Shown in pieces: positions 1-12,552 of a DNA stretch of 64,000 bases. Location: positions 59,173,386 through 59,237,385 of the forward strand of contig NC_068990.1 in NCBI RefSeq assembly GCF_001194135.2, read 5' to 3'. This DNA is from Octopus bimaculoides (lineage: Eukaryota). How positions within the stretch are numbered: the first letter of the stretch is position 1; each line of letters begins with the position of its first letter. The position numbers and the translations under genes are program-made. The notes under the pieces are model-generated. The model was not told where the DNA came from. It saw only the letters and a program-made list of their open reading frames with translations, and made no database searches.

Positions 1-820
1 GTACCTATAGAAAATATATTGCTAACTTCTCATTTGATTAGAAAGCATTTTAAATAAAATGCTATTTAGTATATTTAACTATTTAAATCTAAATACTGAT
101 GATTATTTACAGTTTTATATTCAGATTTAATTAAATTTATAATGTAACATATAAATGAAAGATAAATATCAAAATAATTTAAAATCTATTATTTTATCAC
201 AAAATAAATAATCATAAAATCCATTTATTTAAACAAATAAGAACAGTAATATTTGAACGATGTCTTCAAGTTTTTAATGTAATAAGTGAAAAATATTGAG
301 ATATAATTTATGTAAAAAGAAAATTTGTCCATTAAAATAAGTGATTAGAATATCATTCAAGACCTGCAGCTTTATAATTTCACTTCAAAAAATATATAAA
401 TAATTGTTTACATTATTTTTCACTTAGCCCTATGAATTGCCTTGTGCAATTTTGTGAATTACCTAATGCCTCTCTAGGTGTGCATATGTCTGACTTAAGA
501 AATGTCTAATATTTATTCTTAATGAATTATTAAAAAGAGTATATACAAGTATTTTTAAATATGCTTTAATAAGTTTGATAATCATTTGGTCATCAGCTTT
601 AAAAAGGAGTGGAGGATTCATAATGTGAAAAGGAAACAAAGTCTTAGGTGGGCATAACATGCATTTAATAGTTATATATTTAAACTCCTTTCAGGGTTGA
701 TAAAAGAAATATCAATTGAGCACTGGGGTCAATGTAATCGTTTTACACCCCTCCCCTGAAAAACTTGGCCTTGTGCCAAAATTCTAAACATATATTTATT
801 ATTTTAATAAATATTTAAAA

Positions 821-1040
821 GCAGTGAACTGACAGAATTGTTAGCATGACAGTCAAAATGCTTAGCGGCATTTCATCCATCTTTACATTCTTGAGTTCAG
901 ATTCTGCCGAGGTTGATTTTGCCTTTCATCCTTTCAGGGGTCGATAAAATAAGTACCAGTTGAAAATTGGAACTAATGTAGTTGATTTACCCCATTCCCC
1001 AAAATTTCTGGTGTTGTGCTAAAATTTGAAACCAATATTA
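821..1040 (+). mobile_element. tRNA-derived SINE, family B
   Basis: Contains ctgacagaattgttagc...gagttcagattctgccgaggttgattttgcctttcatcctttcaggggtcgataaaataagtaccag; shared with more than 10 copies in the window. Confidence 0.85.
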
Positions 1041-1044
1041 TTTT

Positions 1045-1560
1045 ACATATGAGATGTGGAGGCATGTGACTTAGTCGTTAGAGCATTGGACTCATAATTG
1101 TAAGATTGTGGTTTCAATTTCTGGACCGGGCAATGCATTGTGTTCTTGAGCAAAGCACTTCATTTTGCATTACTCTAGTCCAGTGGTTCCCAAAATGGGC
1201 AATACTGCCCCACTGGGGGAAATGGAAAGATCAGGAGTGGGGGTGGGGTCAAGAAAAGTGGGTGTGATAATGGAGTGACTAAAAGGGGACGATGGATGTG
1301 AAAACAAAATAATGGGTTAATTAGGTTGAGTTTTATTTGTGAAATACAGTTGTTTTGAATTCGCTGTAGAAAGTGGTCTGTGTTTGTGGTGGGGAGTTGG
1401 GGGGCTCCAGGAATGTGGCCCAGGTGTCAAGGGGGTAGCAGCCCCAAAAGTTTTGGAAATCACTGCTCTAGTCCACACAGCTAGCAAAAATGAGTAATTT
1501 GGTGAAGTAGTGACAGTCATGCTAGCCGACAAGAGATGGTGTACCTGCCTAAAGAACATA
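1045..1560 (+). mobile_element. tRNA-derived SINE with CORE-like domain, interrupted by a hAT MITE
   Basis: A box/B box-like head, then ttgtgttcttgagcaaagcactt...; resumes as ccacacagctagcaaaaatgag after 1473. Confidence 0.75.
1181..1465. mobile_element. hAT (Charlie-like) MITE
   Basis: TIRs CAGTGGTTCCCAAAA / CAGTGATTTCCAAAA; exact 8-bp TSD CTCTAGTC at 1173-1180 and 1466-1473. Confidence 0.9.
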
Positions 1561-4256
1561 TAGAAAGAAACTTTTGGACTGATGGGCCATATGCCTATCG
1601 TGGTGGTGGGCATTATCTTTTACGTATAACATATAAAAGCAGGAGATTCAGTAGTTTTAAATCGATTTAAAAAACCGGAAAAAAGAAATTGTTGCCCTCC
1701 GAAATTTTCACACCTCATTTTATAAAAAATTGCCAGTATAATTTTGCTCTCATGATAATGAACAATAAACCAAAATGAAGAGCATTAAAGAAAATAATAA
1801 GCTTTCGATAAGTGCAGGGGTGGTTGTGTAGTTAAGAAGCACCTTGGGCAAGTATCTTCTGCTGTAGCCCCAGGCTGACCAATGCCTTGTGAATGAATTC
1901 AGTTGACAGAAACTATGTGGACGACCATCATATACAGTTCTCACTGCTAAAAATAAAGTTTCTAAAATGGATTGAGAAATTTGAGGGATTGCTTTGGTCC
2001 CATAGTAGAATGCTTCTCATGTATACAGATGTAGCTTCAAGTCCTGCAGGCTGCCTTAGGCTTTTTTCTGTCCAAAAGAGTTATTTAAATCTAATATTTA
2101 CATGTTATTCCTTATTGCTGTATGTAATATGCTTTGAAAACCATTATTCCGAAAAAGTATNNNNNNNNNNATTATATATATATATATATATATATATTAT
2201 GTAACCTATATTGTAGATGAAAGCAGTAGGCTAATTTAGCTCTTTCTCCATCATCATCGTAATTTAATGTCATCTTTCCATGCTGGTGTGGGTTGGATGA
2301 TTTGACATGGAATTGGCTAGCAAGGAGCTGCCTAGGCTCCAACTGTCTTTTGTGGCATGGTTTCTATGGCTGGATTCCCTTCCTAACGCCAACCACTTAA
2401 GAGTGTACTGGGTGTTTTTAATGTGCCACTGGCATGGGTTCTTTTTAAGTGGCACAGGCACTCTATAGATTAAAAAACAAATTAAAAGTTATAATCAATT
2501 TTTTAATCCTATTGGATCCTCATCAGAGGTGTTTACATCAATTTGACCAATCCAAGTGAAAAAAGCAACAACTGTGTTTGTTTCCACCACCACTTAACAA
2601 CTAGTGTTGGTTTCTTTACATCCCTGTAACTTAGTGGTTTGGCAGAAGAGGCCTATTGAATAAGTACCCCCTCCCCCCCCAAAAAAAAGATGTACTGGGG
2701 TCAATTTTTCTGATTAAGTTTTTCAGGGTGGTGCAACAATATTTTTGTTGTCCAATGACGGAAAAAGGTAAAAGACAAGATAAAGAATAAACAAAAAGCT
2801 TGAAGTGGTAATATTCTAGAAATTCCAAATAACATCACATGTAACCAAACAAAATATCAACATAAACAATAAAACAACTCTTTGAATTCTTGATTAAAAA
2901 CACATAACTAAGGCTTTATGATATTGTTGTGCTTGTCACATGTTACACTTTTAATAATCCCTGCCATGGAATGAAATTGGAGATATAATCAAAAACACAT
3001 TGAAACAATGGTATGAAGATCTATGAATTTATATACCAAAATAGAAATAATCTTTATAGCCACTTGGTTCTGGGTTCAATCCCACTGCATGGCACCTAGA
3101 GCAAGTGTCTTTCTACTATATCCTTGTGAGGAGATTTAGTGGATGGAAACTAAAAGAAGCCCATTGTGTGTGTATGTGTGTGTGGGAGAGAGAAAGAGTT
3201 GGAGTCTCCTTGTCCTGAAACTGCATGATTGTTGTGAGTGAATGTCACTGTTACATAAGTGGGTCCTTCATTTCCAATCTTATGTAACAACATGTCGGTG
3301 ACAAGAAGGATATCAGACTGTAGAAAATCTACATCAACAATCACTATCCAACCCATAGGAGCAATGGAAATGTGGACATTAAAACAATAATGAGGATGAA
3401 AGCATAGAATTTTTATGTCCCTCTAGTATACATATTTTACATACAGCTTAACCTGTGGGTGGGTCATTCTCTTTATCAGCTATCAATTAGGTATCACAAT
3501 GGTTTTGGCACCTTTTAATATATTCTTCCCTTCAGTGGTGCACAGAAAAATTGATACTACCAATTCTTTTGGCCCACATTATAGGATGTGTTTTTTTTTT
3601 CTCTGTCATTCATGCAGCTCCCTTATCAAACCAGGATCAGCTACAACTGCCCAGTGATTGTTTTATGTATACACAACCATTCAGTGATTATTTTCTGTAT
3701 ATTATATGTCTATGCTCATGCATACATATATGTTTGTATGTATACACATGCATGTACGTGTGTATATCTAGTTTGTAATGAAACAATACAAGATAATGTT
3801 ACTCAGTGATTGTAACCATTTCTTGTTACAGCTTCGGTCAGGTGAGAAAAATAAATTAAGTGGAACATCAGATCTGGAAAGTGAGATATGGATCTCTGTT
3901 GGGTATTTGGACTAACAGATTTGGTTTACATATAATAGATGTTTGTACTATGGAATAATATGCAAACGAGTTAATAATGCACAATTTATAATAGGTTTTA
4001 TCTATTGAAAGCAATCATTAGATACATGAAGATAAGTTGTCTGTGTATTTGGCAAATCAGATATCAGTAAGGGGTTATATTATTGAAAAACAGTGGGGGG
4101 TGTGTATATATGCAGGTGTATGCTATAAGGAATTAAAGTATTACTCATATGCTAAATGCAAATGATGAAAAGCATTTTAGAGACTTCTATAAAACAAAAT
4201 GCTACATTGAAATATCAATTTCTTCTGTTAATTTTATTTTAGTCTTTGTTCGTCAT

Positions 4257-4652
4257 ACTCTTTTACTTGTTTCAGTCATTTGACTGTGGCCATGCCGGAG
4301 CACCGCCTTTAGTCGAGCTAATCGACCCCAAGACTTGTTCTTTGGAAGCCTAGTACTTATTCTATCGGTCTCTTTTGCTGAACCGCTAAGTTACGGGGGC
4401 GTAAACACACCGACATCAGTTGTCAAGTGATGTTGTGGGGGACAAACACAGACACAAACATATACACACACATACATATATATACATATATACGACGGGC
4501 TTCTTTCAGTTTCCGTCTACCAAATCCACTCACAAAGCTTTGGTCATCCCGAGGCTATAGTAGAAGACACTTACCCAAGGTGCGACGCAGTGGGACTGAA
4601 CCCGGAACCATGTGGTTGGTAAGCAAGCTACTTACCACACAGCCACTCCTAC
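4257..4652 (-). mobile_element. SINE family A, near-full-length copy with internal microsatellite
   Basis: Head ggctgtgtggtaag...gggttcagtcccactgcgtcgcaccttgggtaagtgtcttctactatagcc, central (TA/TG)n, tail ...cagtcaaatgactgaaacaagtaaaagagt. Confidence 0.9.
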
Positions 4653-5050
4653 GTCATCTTTACATTTTGAGTTTAAATTCTACTGAGGTTGACTTTGCCT
4701 TTCGTCCTTTAGAGGTCAATAAAATGAATAGCAGTTGAGCACTGAGGTCAATGTAATTGATTACTCCCCTTCTCCAAACTTGCTGGCCTTGTGCCAAAAT
4801 TTAAAATCAATATTTTATTTTAGCTTCTTTATTAAGTAATATATATCATGTGTTATATATGTATTAACATAGTATAAATTTATAAAACAAGATGGAACAA
4901 ACAGGCTTTAATCACAAATCACAACAATTGTTTTTATGCAGTAGTAATAATTATTAGTTGCTGAGTTTTCCATATCATACTATTATCTGGTTGTTATTAT
5001 ATTTGTGGAGGTGAAGCAAACACAACTACTGTCTGGATCATGGTAAGATT

Positions 5051-5422
5051 GCAGGAGACTGTGACTGTGTGATAAGAAACTTTCTTCACAACCACATAGT
5101 TCAGGGTTCAATCCCACTGCATGGCACCTTGGGCAAGTGTCTTCTCCTATAGCCTTCGGCCGACCGAAGCCTTGTGAGTGGATTTGGTTGATGGAAACTG
5201 AAAGAAACTCTGTGTGTGACTGTGTCTGTGTCCACCCTACTACTTGAAAACTGATGCTGGTGTGTCTATGTCCCCATAAGTTCCATAAAAGAGACTGACA
5301 GAATAAATACTAAGCTTTAAAAAAAAATTAAGTACTGGGGTTGATACATTCAACTAAAAATTCTTCAAGGCAGTGCCCCAGCATGGCTGCAGTCTAAGGA
5401 CTGAAGCAAGTAGAAGATTAAA
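5051..5422 (+). mobile_element. SINE family A
   Basis: Same head and tail as the 4257-4652 copy, more diverged. Confidence 0.85.
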
Positions 5423-5679
5423 GGTAAGATAGTTTCTTCTGTTTTACAATCAGATCACTTGTCTGAACAACCAGTTATCCAAACAAAATATACCTGACTC
5501 ACCTTGTTCAGATAACGGAGGTCTAACTCAAGTTGGAAAACCATATGTATTGTCATAAAAATGATATACTGATATCTTCAAGGTAATTTTTTTAATCACA
5601 AAGAACACTTATACACAGAAATCACACAAAACTTCATATTTAACTTGCAGCCAAATCTCCTTCAAATCATATCTTAGAA

Positions 5680-6322
5680 CTGAGGTTCTCAGCTGGGGTT
5701 CATATGATCCTTTGAGGTCCATACAAGATTTTGTTATTAAAATTTATGTGCAATAAGTTGGTTCTATTTCCACAATGCACAAAATATTTTAACAATCCAT
5801 TTTATACATTTCCTTCTATTATTTAAGTATTAAAATATTCTTTTATTCTTTTACTTGTTTCAGTCATTTGACTGCAGCCATGCCAGAGCAATGCCTTGAA
5901 GGGTTTTAACCGAACAAATTGACCCCAGGTCTTATTTCATAAGCTTAATATTTATTCTATCAGTCTCTTTTGCCGAACCACTAAGTTACAGGGATGTAAA
6001 CGCCCCAACACCAGTTGTCAAGTGGTGATTGGGGGACAAACATACAAATACATATACACGATGGGCTTCTTTCAGTTTCATTTTACCAAATCCATTTACA
6101 AAGCTCTGGTCGGTCTGAGGCTATAATAGAAGGCACTTGCCCAAGGTGCCATGCATTGGGATTGATCCTAGAGCCATGTGGTTGGGAAGCACACTTCTTA
6201 CCACACAGCCATGCCTGCACCTATATAATAGGATTTTTTTTAAACATCAAATCTATGAGGGCCCACCTGAGTAAAACAGGAATCAAAGGGGCCCATGGGT
6301 AAAATTTGGCTGAGAACCACTG
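5680..6322. mobile_element. hAT MITE carrying a SINE A insertion (about 5847-6218, minus strand)
   Basis: Ends CTGAGGTTCTCAGC and CTGAGAACCACTG; 8-bp TSD (t/c)CTTAGAA at 5672-5679 and 6323-6330. Confidence 0.8.
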
Positions 6323-6805
6323 CCTTAGAATCTTAGAAAGGACAATTGGATGATGTAATGCTGGCTGCCCATCATACAGGAACAAGATGGGATGGTTATA
6401 GCTAGAATGCCTTGTAGAATGCTTAATCAAGGCTGAATTGGATTTAAACAAGCAAAACATTTCTAAAAAAAAATTGTTTTGTGAATTTGAAGTTTATTGA
6501 AATATAACCATATTTGCAGAATTTAGTTTTTAAAGAAAGTTATGATGAGATAATAATTCTATTGGTTTCAATTTAATGGAATGGAAAATAGTTACATTTG
6601 AATTCTTCCTCAAGGAAATAACATTCTGTTTCTTAAAAGGACTGCATTAAATTAATTTCAGATGTATGCTTTAAATTGAAAACATCTGAGAATATAGTTT
6701 AAGGGTTTGAAACTTCACTCACTGCACAATACAACAATAGAATTCTTATCTTTCTCTCACTCTTCTTTTCTATCTTCCTTTCTGTTTGTCTCCATATGTG
6801 TGTGT

Positions 6806-7110
6806 ATCTTTTATCTTTTACTTGGGGCACTGTCTTCAATTTTTAGTCAAATGAATCAATCCCAGTACTTATTCTATCGATCTTTTTTCGCCAAACCACT
6901 AAGTTGCAGAGATGTAAACACACCAACACTGGTTCTAAAGCAGTAGTGAGGACATACATATACATTCAGGCTTCTTTTAGTTTCTATATACCAAATCCAC
7001 CTGCAAGACTTTGGTCAGTCTGAGGCTATAGTTGAAGACACTTGCCAAAGGTGCAATGGAACTGAACCTGGAACCATGTTGTTGGGAAGCAAACTTCTTT
7101 CCACACAGCC
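6806..7110 (-). mobile_element. SINE family A, diverged
   Basis: Family head and tail motifs present. Confidence 0.8.
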
Positions 7111-7130
7111 AATATATATATATATATATA

Positions 7131-7498
7131 TGTTCAAGTCTGTCATACAGGCCATGACGAAGGGAAATAGCCCTGAAACTCGAGTCGCCTTTATATATAT
7201 ATATTTATATTTATATATTTATATATTTGATCCTTTATATTGAACACTCAATATTTCATCTACATTCAATACTTTCTTTCATGGTGCCATCCATTTTTAT
7301 TTTATTTTATTTTATATTGTATATTGTATATCATATTATATATTGTATATTCCATATTCTATACCCCACATTAGTTCTGCAGGAATATAAATAAAACATA
7401 AAAAACAGACAGTGTTGGAACTCTTTTAAGCAAAATAATATATTCCTCTATACACAATCATACAAAAACCCCCCACCTTTTTTGTATTTATTTTTACT

Positions 7499-7500
<2 letters not shown>
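7131..7500 (+). mobile_element. Probable Penelope-like element terminal remnant between two (TA)n tracts
   Basis: Hammerhead motif followed by an AT-rich tail; bounded by (TA)n at about 7112-7131 and 7502-7540. Confidence 0.45.
7149..7190 (+). ncRNA. Minimal type I hammerhead ribozyme motif (1-nt core insertion)
   Basis: AGGC-C(A)UGACGA-AGGG aaauag CCCU-GAAA-CUCGAG-UC|GCCU. Stem I AGGC/GCCU, stem II AGGG/CCCU, palindromic stem III ACUCGAGU, GUC cleavage triplet. Confidence 0.65.
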
Positions 7501-7543
<43 letters not shown>

Positions 7544-7989
7544 GCCTATATCAAGCAGTGAGAATGAGTGCTCAACATGGCATTAGTGAATAAATATTTT
7601 TTATTTTGGGGTTAACAAGGCTACCAATGGTTTCTTGTAATGAGGAGTCCCTTAATAATTATGTGGCAAGCTTGATAATTGTTACGAGATTCTACTTACA
7701 TGAAACCATTGGTAGCCTTGGTATCCAACAAATAAAGTGTATGTGTGTGTGTGTGTTGCAGTGGTTGATGTGGAAAAGTACAGGGTGCTCTTGGCTCTTC
7801 AGGTGAATTTGTCTTCCCGTAGGGGACAGGTGAGGAACATTGATACTCCTCCTCCTTTCTCTGTCTCTGTAGTTAATTTTAACAGACAGTGATAGAGGAG
7901 AAGAATTCATGATAGTGCTGTGATAGATCATTGAGGAATAGGTTTGGATAGTATGTTGTTGTTGTTACTACTACTAAGAATAATAATAA

Positions 7990-8202
7990 TCCTTTCTACT
8001 ATAGGCATAAGGCCTGAAATTTTGGGGGAGGGGACTAGTCGATTACATCGATACCAGTATTTCACTGGTACTTAAATTTATTGATCCCAAAAGGATGAAA
8101 GGCAAAGCCGACCTCAGCGGAATTTGAACTCAGAATGTGAAGACAGATTTAATGCTGCTAAGCATTTCACTTGGCATACTAACAATTCTGCCAACTCCTC
8201 GC

Positions 8203-8233
<31 letters not shown>

Positions 8234-8433
8234 CACTACTACTACTACTACTAATAATAATAATAATGGTTTCGAATTTCGAGGGAGAGGGTACATTGAT
8301 TACAGCAACCCCAGTGCTCAGCTGGGACTTATTTTATTGACCTTGAAAGAATGAAAAGCAATGTTGGAACTTGAACTAAGAATGCTGCTAAACATTTTGT
8401 TTGGTGTACTAAGGACTCTGCCAGCTCACTGCC
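7990..8433 (-). mobile_element. Two tandem SINE B copies separated by (ACT/ACC/AAT)n
   Basis: Both carry aggatgaaaggcaaag..gacctcagcggaatttgaactcag-type motifs. Confidence 0.8.
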
Positions 8434-8437
8434 TTAA

Positions 8438-8629
8438 CTTTTGGAATTCAGATTACTCTGTTGAATGTAATGCTTATTTGTTTACAATATTTTGAATTAG
8501 TCATGCATTAACTTGTAATTTCAATATTTTGATTGTTTATATTTAAAATGACATTGTAGGGTAGGTGTGAGAGGCTGGACCTGGCCAGTTTGCAGGTAGA
8601 ATACTAAGGTGGATATAGCATTAAAAGGG
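8438..8629 (-). mobile_element. piggyBac-type (TTAA) MITE, diverged
   Basis: Homologous to 12336-12552; starts after TTAA and ends ...aaaggg. Confidence 0.6.
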
Positions 8630-10055
8630 TTTAATGCATGATCAGTTCAAAACCATGTGAATAAATCAGCATCGCTTTGTCAGTAATCTGAATGTTAAAG
8701 GGTTAGGCCCTGTCAATGGGCTCTTTGTACCTCAGTTACAAATCCTTTTATTGGAGATCTTTGCTCCACATTGATTGATAACTCTTAAAAACAAATCTAG
8801 CATTCATTACTTTCCTTCACCTTATATTAACTACAGCAACAACACTTAAAGAATCCAGGGTTTATTAGAAATAACTTTGACTTGTTATCAACTCTAGAGC
8901 AGCTGCCTGTTATTTAAAGAAACCAATGATTCTTAACTAGCACCTTAGCATTTAGTTTAGCTAACGAATCAGTAAAGGCAAACAAAATGCTTCATAACCA
9001 TTATTTTAATTTTCATTTAATCAACTCAACATTTATTTTATCATTTTTATTTATTTATTTAAGGAAACTCGCTGAAAAGTGTATCTGCTGCTGTAAATAA
9101 CATGTAAGGATCAAATTAGCTAATTGAATGGCTCTTGTCAATCAGAATCTCTTTTATACAGTTTATCCTGCAGTAATCCCTCGAGAATGTTAATATTGAA
9201 GTTAATTATAAAAATTAAGGATTGGTTGCCTGCTGTAAAACATTTCTCTGGTTAATGAATAGATGGCTGTCTTGGTTATAGATTACTTGGCTAAAGGAGT
9301 TTAAAGATTTCCAACTTAAAGTCCTTAAGACAATAGAGTGGATTAAGAATGAGGTGGGGAAAATCATTTAAGTAAATGATGATGATGGAGAAAAGATGCC
9401 GGGAAACAAGGTAAAGGAATAATGAGACAGTAAGATGAAAAGAAAATAGAAAACCAAAGGGAACGATAAGAGTCTTTAAGGTAGAAGATGTTAGCAGTTT
9501 AGCTTATTATGTTGGTTAGTTTTTTAAAATTTAATTGAATTTATTTTTTATTTACATATTTGTTTTTTCAAAATTAAGGCATTGCAGGTGTGGCTGTGTG
9601 GTAGGAAGCTTGCTTTCCAACCACATGGTTCCAGGTTCAGTCCCACTGTGTAGCACCTTGGGCAAGTGTCTTCTGTAGCCTCAGGCTGACCAAAATCTTG
9701 TGAGGGGATATTTGTTTTCTCCATCTGTGATCTGAGTTCAAATCCCATGAAGATCAACTTAGCCTTTCATTCTTTCATTCAACTTAGCCTTTCATTCATA
9801 TTGAAAATGATTGAAATTGCCTGGAAACTGGAAAGAGCAGGTGATAGGAAGAACATCCGACTACAGAAGAAAATATGCCTTGAAAATCTCCAGCCTGTGC
9901 AAGCATGGAAAAGTGGATGTTAAAGCAATAATGATAATGCTGATGACTCTTGCTACCAGATGCTTCATGGGTCTTACCTACCACACTTTGATGTTGGTTC
10001 TGCAAATTTACAGTTGAGTGGCTAACATTGAAGCACCTGTTATCACTTGATGCAT

Positions 10056-10563
10056 TGTGGTTTTCTACCATTATTTGTCTATGGACCCCCTTTCATTCCT
10101 GTTTTACTCTATTGGGCCTCGATAGCCATTTGATGTATATAAAAAGAATTCCACTGTTTTTTTTTTTTTCTTCTTAGAATTAAATATTGGTGTTTAAAAT
10201 TTCGGTACAAGACCAGCGATTTTGGAGGATGGGTAAGTTGATTACCTTAGCCCCAGTGCTCAACTGATACATACTTTTATCTACCACAAAAAGATGAAAG
10301 ACAATGTTGACATCAGCACAAATTGAACTAAGAACATAAGATAGATGAAATTCCACTCAGCATTTTGCCTGGCATCCTATCGATTCTGCCAACTCACTGT
10401 CCTTTTTCTTTTTTTCTTTTTTTTTGATATATAATTAAATATTGTTAGGAATAATAGAAAAAGAAATGTATTATATATGTAAAACCAATTTATTGCACCT
10501 AAATTTTAACGAAATTTTATGTGGATCCCCAAGGGCCATAAAGACCCTGGTTGAGAACCACTG
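10056..10563. mobile_element. hAT MITE (same family as 5680-6322, opposite orientation) with a SINE B insertion at about 10190-10402
   Basis: End ggttgagaaccactg; internal homology to 5700-5800 and 6240-6322. TSD not clear. Confidence 0.65.
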
Positions 10564-10582
10564 ATTTATAATACCTGTGGCT

Positions 10583-10927
10583 AGGGTAAAGACCTCCCTT
10601 CAGTCATGAATGACCATAGGATTGCACTTAGAAAGTTACTGTCCAAGGCACAAGTCCAGGTAAGATTGTTTATGGAAGACCAGCAGTCACCCATGCATAC
10701 CAGCCTCCCCTTGTCACACACCACTGATGTTATTCAAGGGAAAGGCAAAGCCAATACTACTTGGCACCAGTGGTGTTGCAACTCATTTCTACAGCTGAGT
10801 GAATTGGAGCAACATGAAATAAAGTGTCTTGCTCAAGAAAAACAACACATAGCCCAATCTGGGAATTGAACTCACTATCTCATGATTGTGAGCCCAATGC
10901 TCTAACCACTGAATCATGCACCTTCAC
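10583..10927 (-). mobile_element. tRNA-derived CORE-like SINE, family H
   Basis: Reverse complement of 21948-22275: head, gagcaagacactttatttc, tail ...ggtcattcatgac...accct. Confidence 0.85.
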
Positions 10928-11194
10928 TTATGGCTAAATTAAAATTAATCATTCTGTGTTCTTTGGGGTGATGAGGGCGGGGAGTAGAAAACTGTGGATT
11001 AGAAGAAGTAACAACCAAATGTTTCGGAGGAATCATCATATCCAAAGCTTCCGATATGCACTCAAGTCTTCCACCACCTTTTAATATGTTTCATTATATA
11101 ACAAGCGATTAGGTGAAGCAGCAGAGCTGAAGTGTGGAAATATCAAATCACTGATTTTTTTTTTTTTGTTTGTTTTGTTTTTTGTTCCATCTGT

Positions 11195-11835
11195 TTTATG
11201 ATTGTAAAGATCATCGTATTGATTATTACCACTACCAGTACCACTACTATCACTACTACTATCACTAAGAACTCCTACCATCAACTTTCACCTACCGCCA
11301 CTACCACCACTGCAGCTGTCACTATTGCTGTTACTAATATCTTCAGCAAAAACTGTAAACAACACTAACCACCCACCGGCACTACTATCACCAACGCTAC
11401 CACCAATAATATTGGTACCACTAATACTAATACTATCATCAACATAACTACAACTGCTATCACTACCGCTGTTACTAGCATCTTCACCATCAACAACCAC
11501 CACTACCACCATCATCAATGCCACTGCCACCACCACCACTACCACCATCATCAATGCCACTGTCACCACCACTACAACTGTCACCACCACTGCCATCACC
11601 CCTACTACCACCACCTCCACTGCCACCATTCCCACCACCACCACCATCACTGCCACCATCATGACCATCAATACCACTGCCGCCGCCACCACCACCACCA
11701 CCACCACTACTATTGATACCTAATCGATGATTATTACCATGATCTTCTCTATGAATAGTTATCCTCACTATCATTATCAGCATCAGAATGAGAACATCTC
11801 TTTATCAACCAGAGCAGCAGCAACAACAACAGCAA
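11195..11835. repeat. Degenerate trinucleotide array (ACC/ACT/ATC/GCC/CAA)
   Basis: About 640 bp of low-complexity sequence; source of the poly-T/V/G pseudo-ORFs. Confidence 0.95.
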
Positions 11836-12335
11836 CTTCAATATAATTAATTGAATGTTGTTTGTTTCATGAAAGAAGAAAATCTGAAGAAATCTCTTAT
11901 TTCAGTCCATTTAGCAACAAACATCTGCAACTAAGCTGGAATAAACTGGTTGAAGAGCAGAACATTGTTGTTTGCCAAGGAATCAGTTACTGTTTTGATA
12001 GTACCTCGATGCCATTCACCTTGGTGCCTGATACTAATCCTCTGCTGGTGTAGTTACATTTACTACCACTAAGTGATAAAATAATAGACTAAGATGACAA
12101 AATGACATAGTATTAAAATAACAAATAACTGTCAAGGCAATGAGGGCGTTTCTACATAGTCATACAATTGCAAGAAATAGCAACCAAGTATTCCTTAAAC
12201 CCCACCTTAGTGTCTCAGGAAAACACATTTGATAATGTGATCCTTGACTCCCTGTATCTATGTCTACTTAATTGGGACTGACCTGGAGCTAGACAGCAAC
12301 CATAGTCAAATTGTTGTTTAAGACTTATTGCTTAA

Positions 12336-12552
12336 CCCTTTAGCATTTAAACTGACCATATCTAGCCTAAATATGCTATGTTTTATGTTCTAATCAGCCA
12401 GATTCAGCCTATTACACTTACCCTTCAATGCCATTATAAAATATACATTCACATCATCATAATTTCAAAGCAACAAAATAATGTATGATTAGTTAAAAAC
12501 AATGTGAATGTAAAAACATTACATTTGAGAGAATAATTTGAATACTAAAGGG
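12336..12552 (+). mobile_element. piggyBac-type MITE
   Basis: TTAA|CCCTTTAGCATTTAAA ... TTTGAATACTAAAGGG|TTAA, i.e. TIRs beginning CCC with a TTAA TSD. Confidence 0.85.

Noticed and set aside
1655-1672. Perfect 18-bp palindrome TTTTAAATCGATTTAAAA
   Set aside because: AT-rich and plausible by chance; no supporting context.
3551-3778. ORF resembling a signal peptide (ILPILLAHIIGCVFFFSVIHAAPL)
   Set aside because: No ATG start; the hydrophobic stretch comes from a poly-T tract, and the 3' half is microsatellite-like.
11288-11783. Poly-Val/Gly/Thr ORFs, also at 20941-21401 and 8114-8354
   Set aside because: They are translations of trinucleotide repeats.
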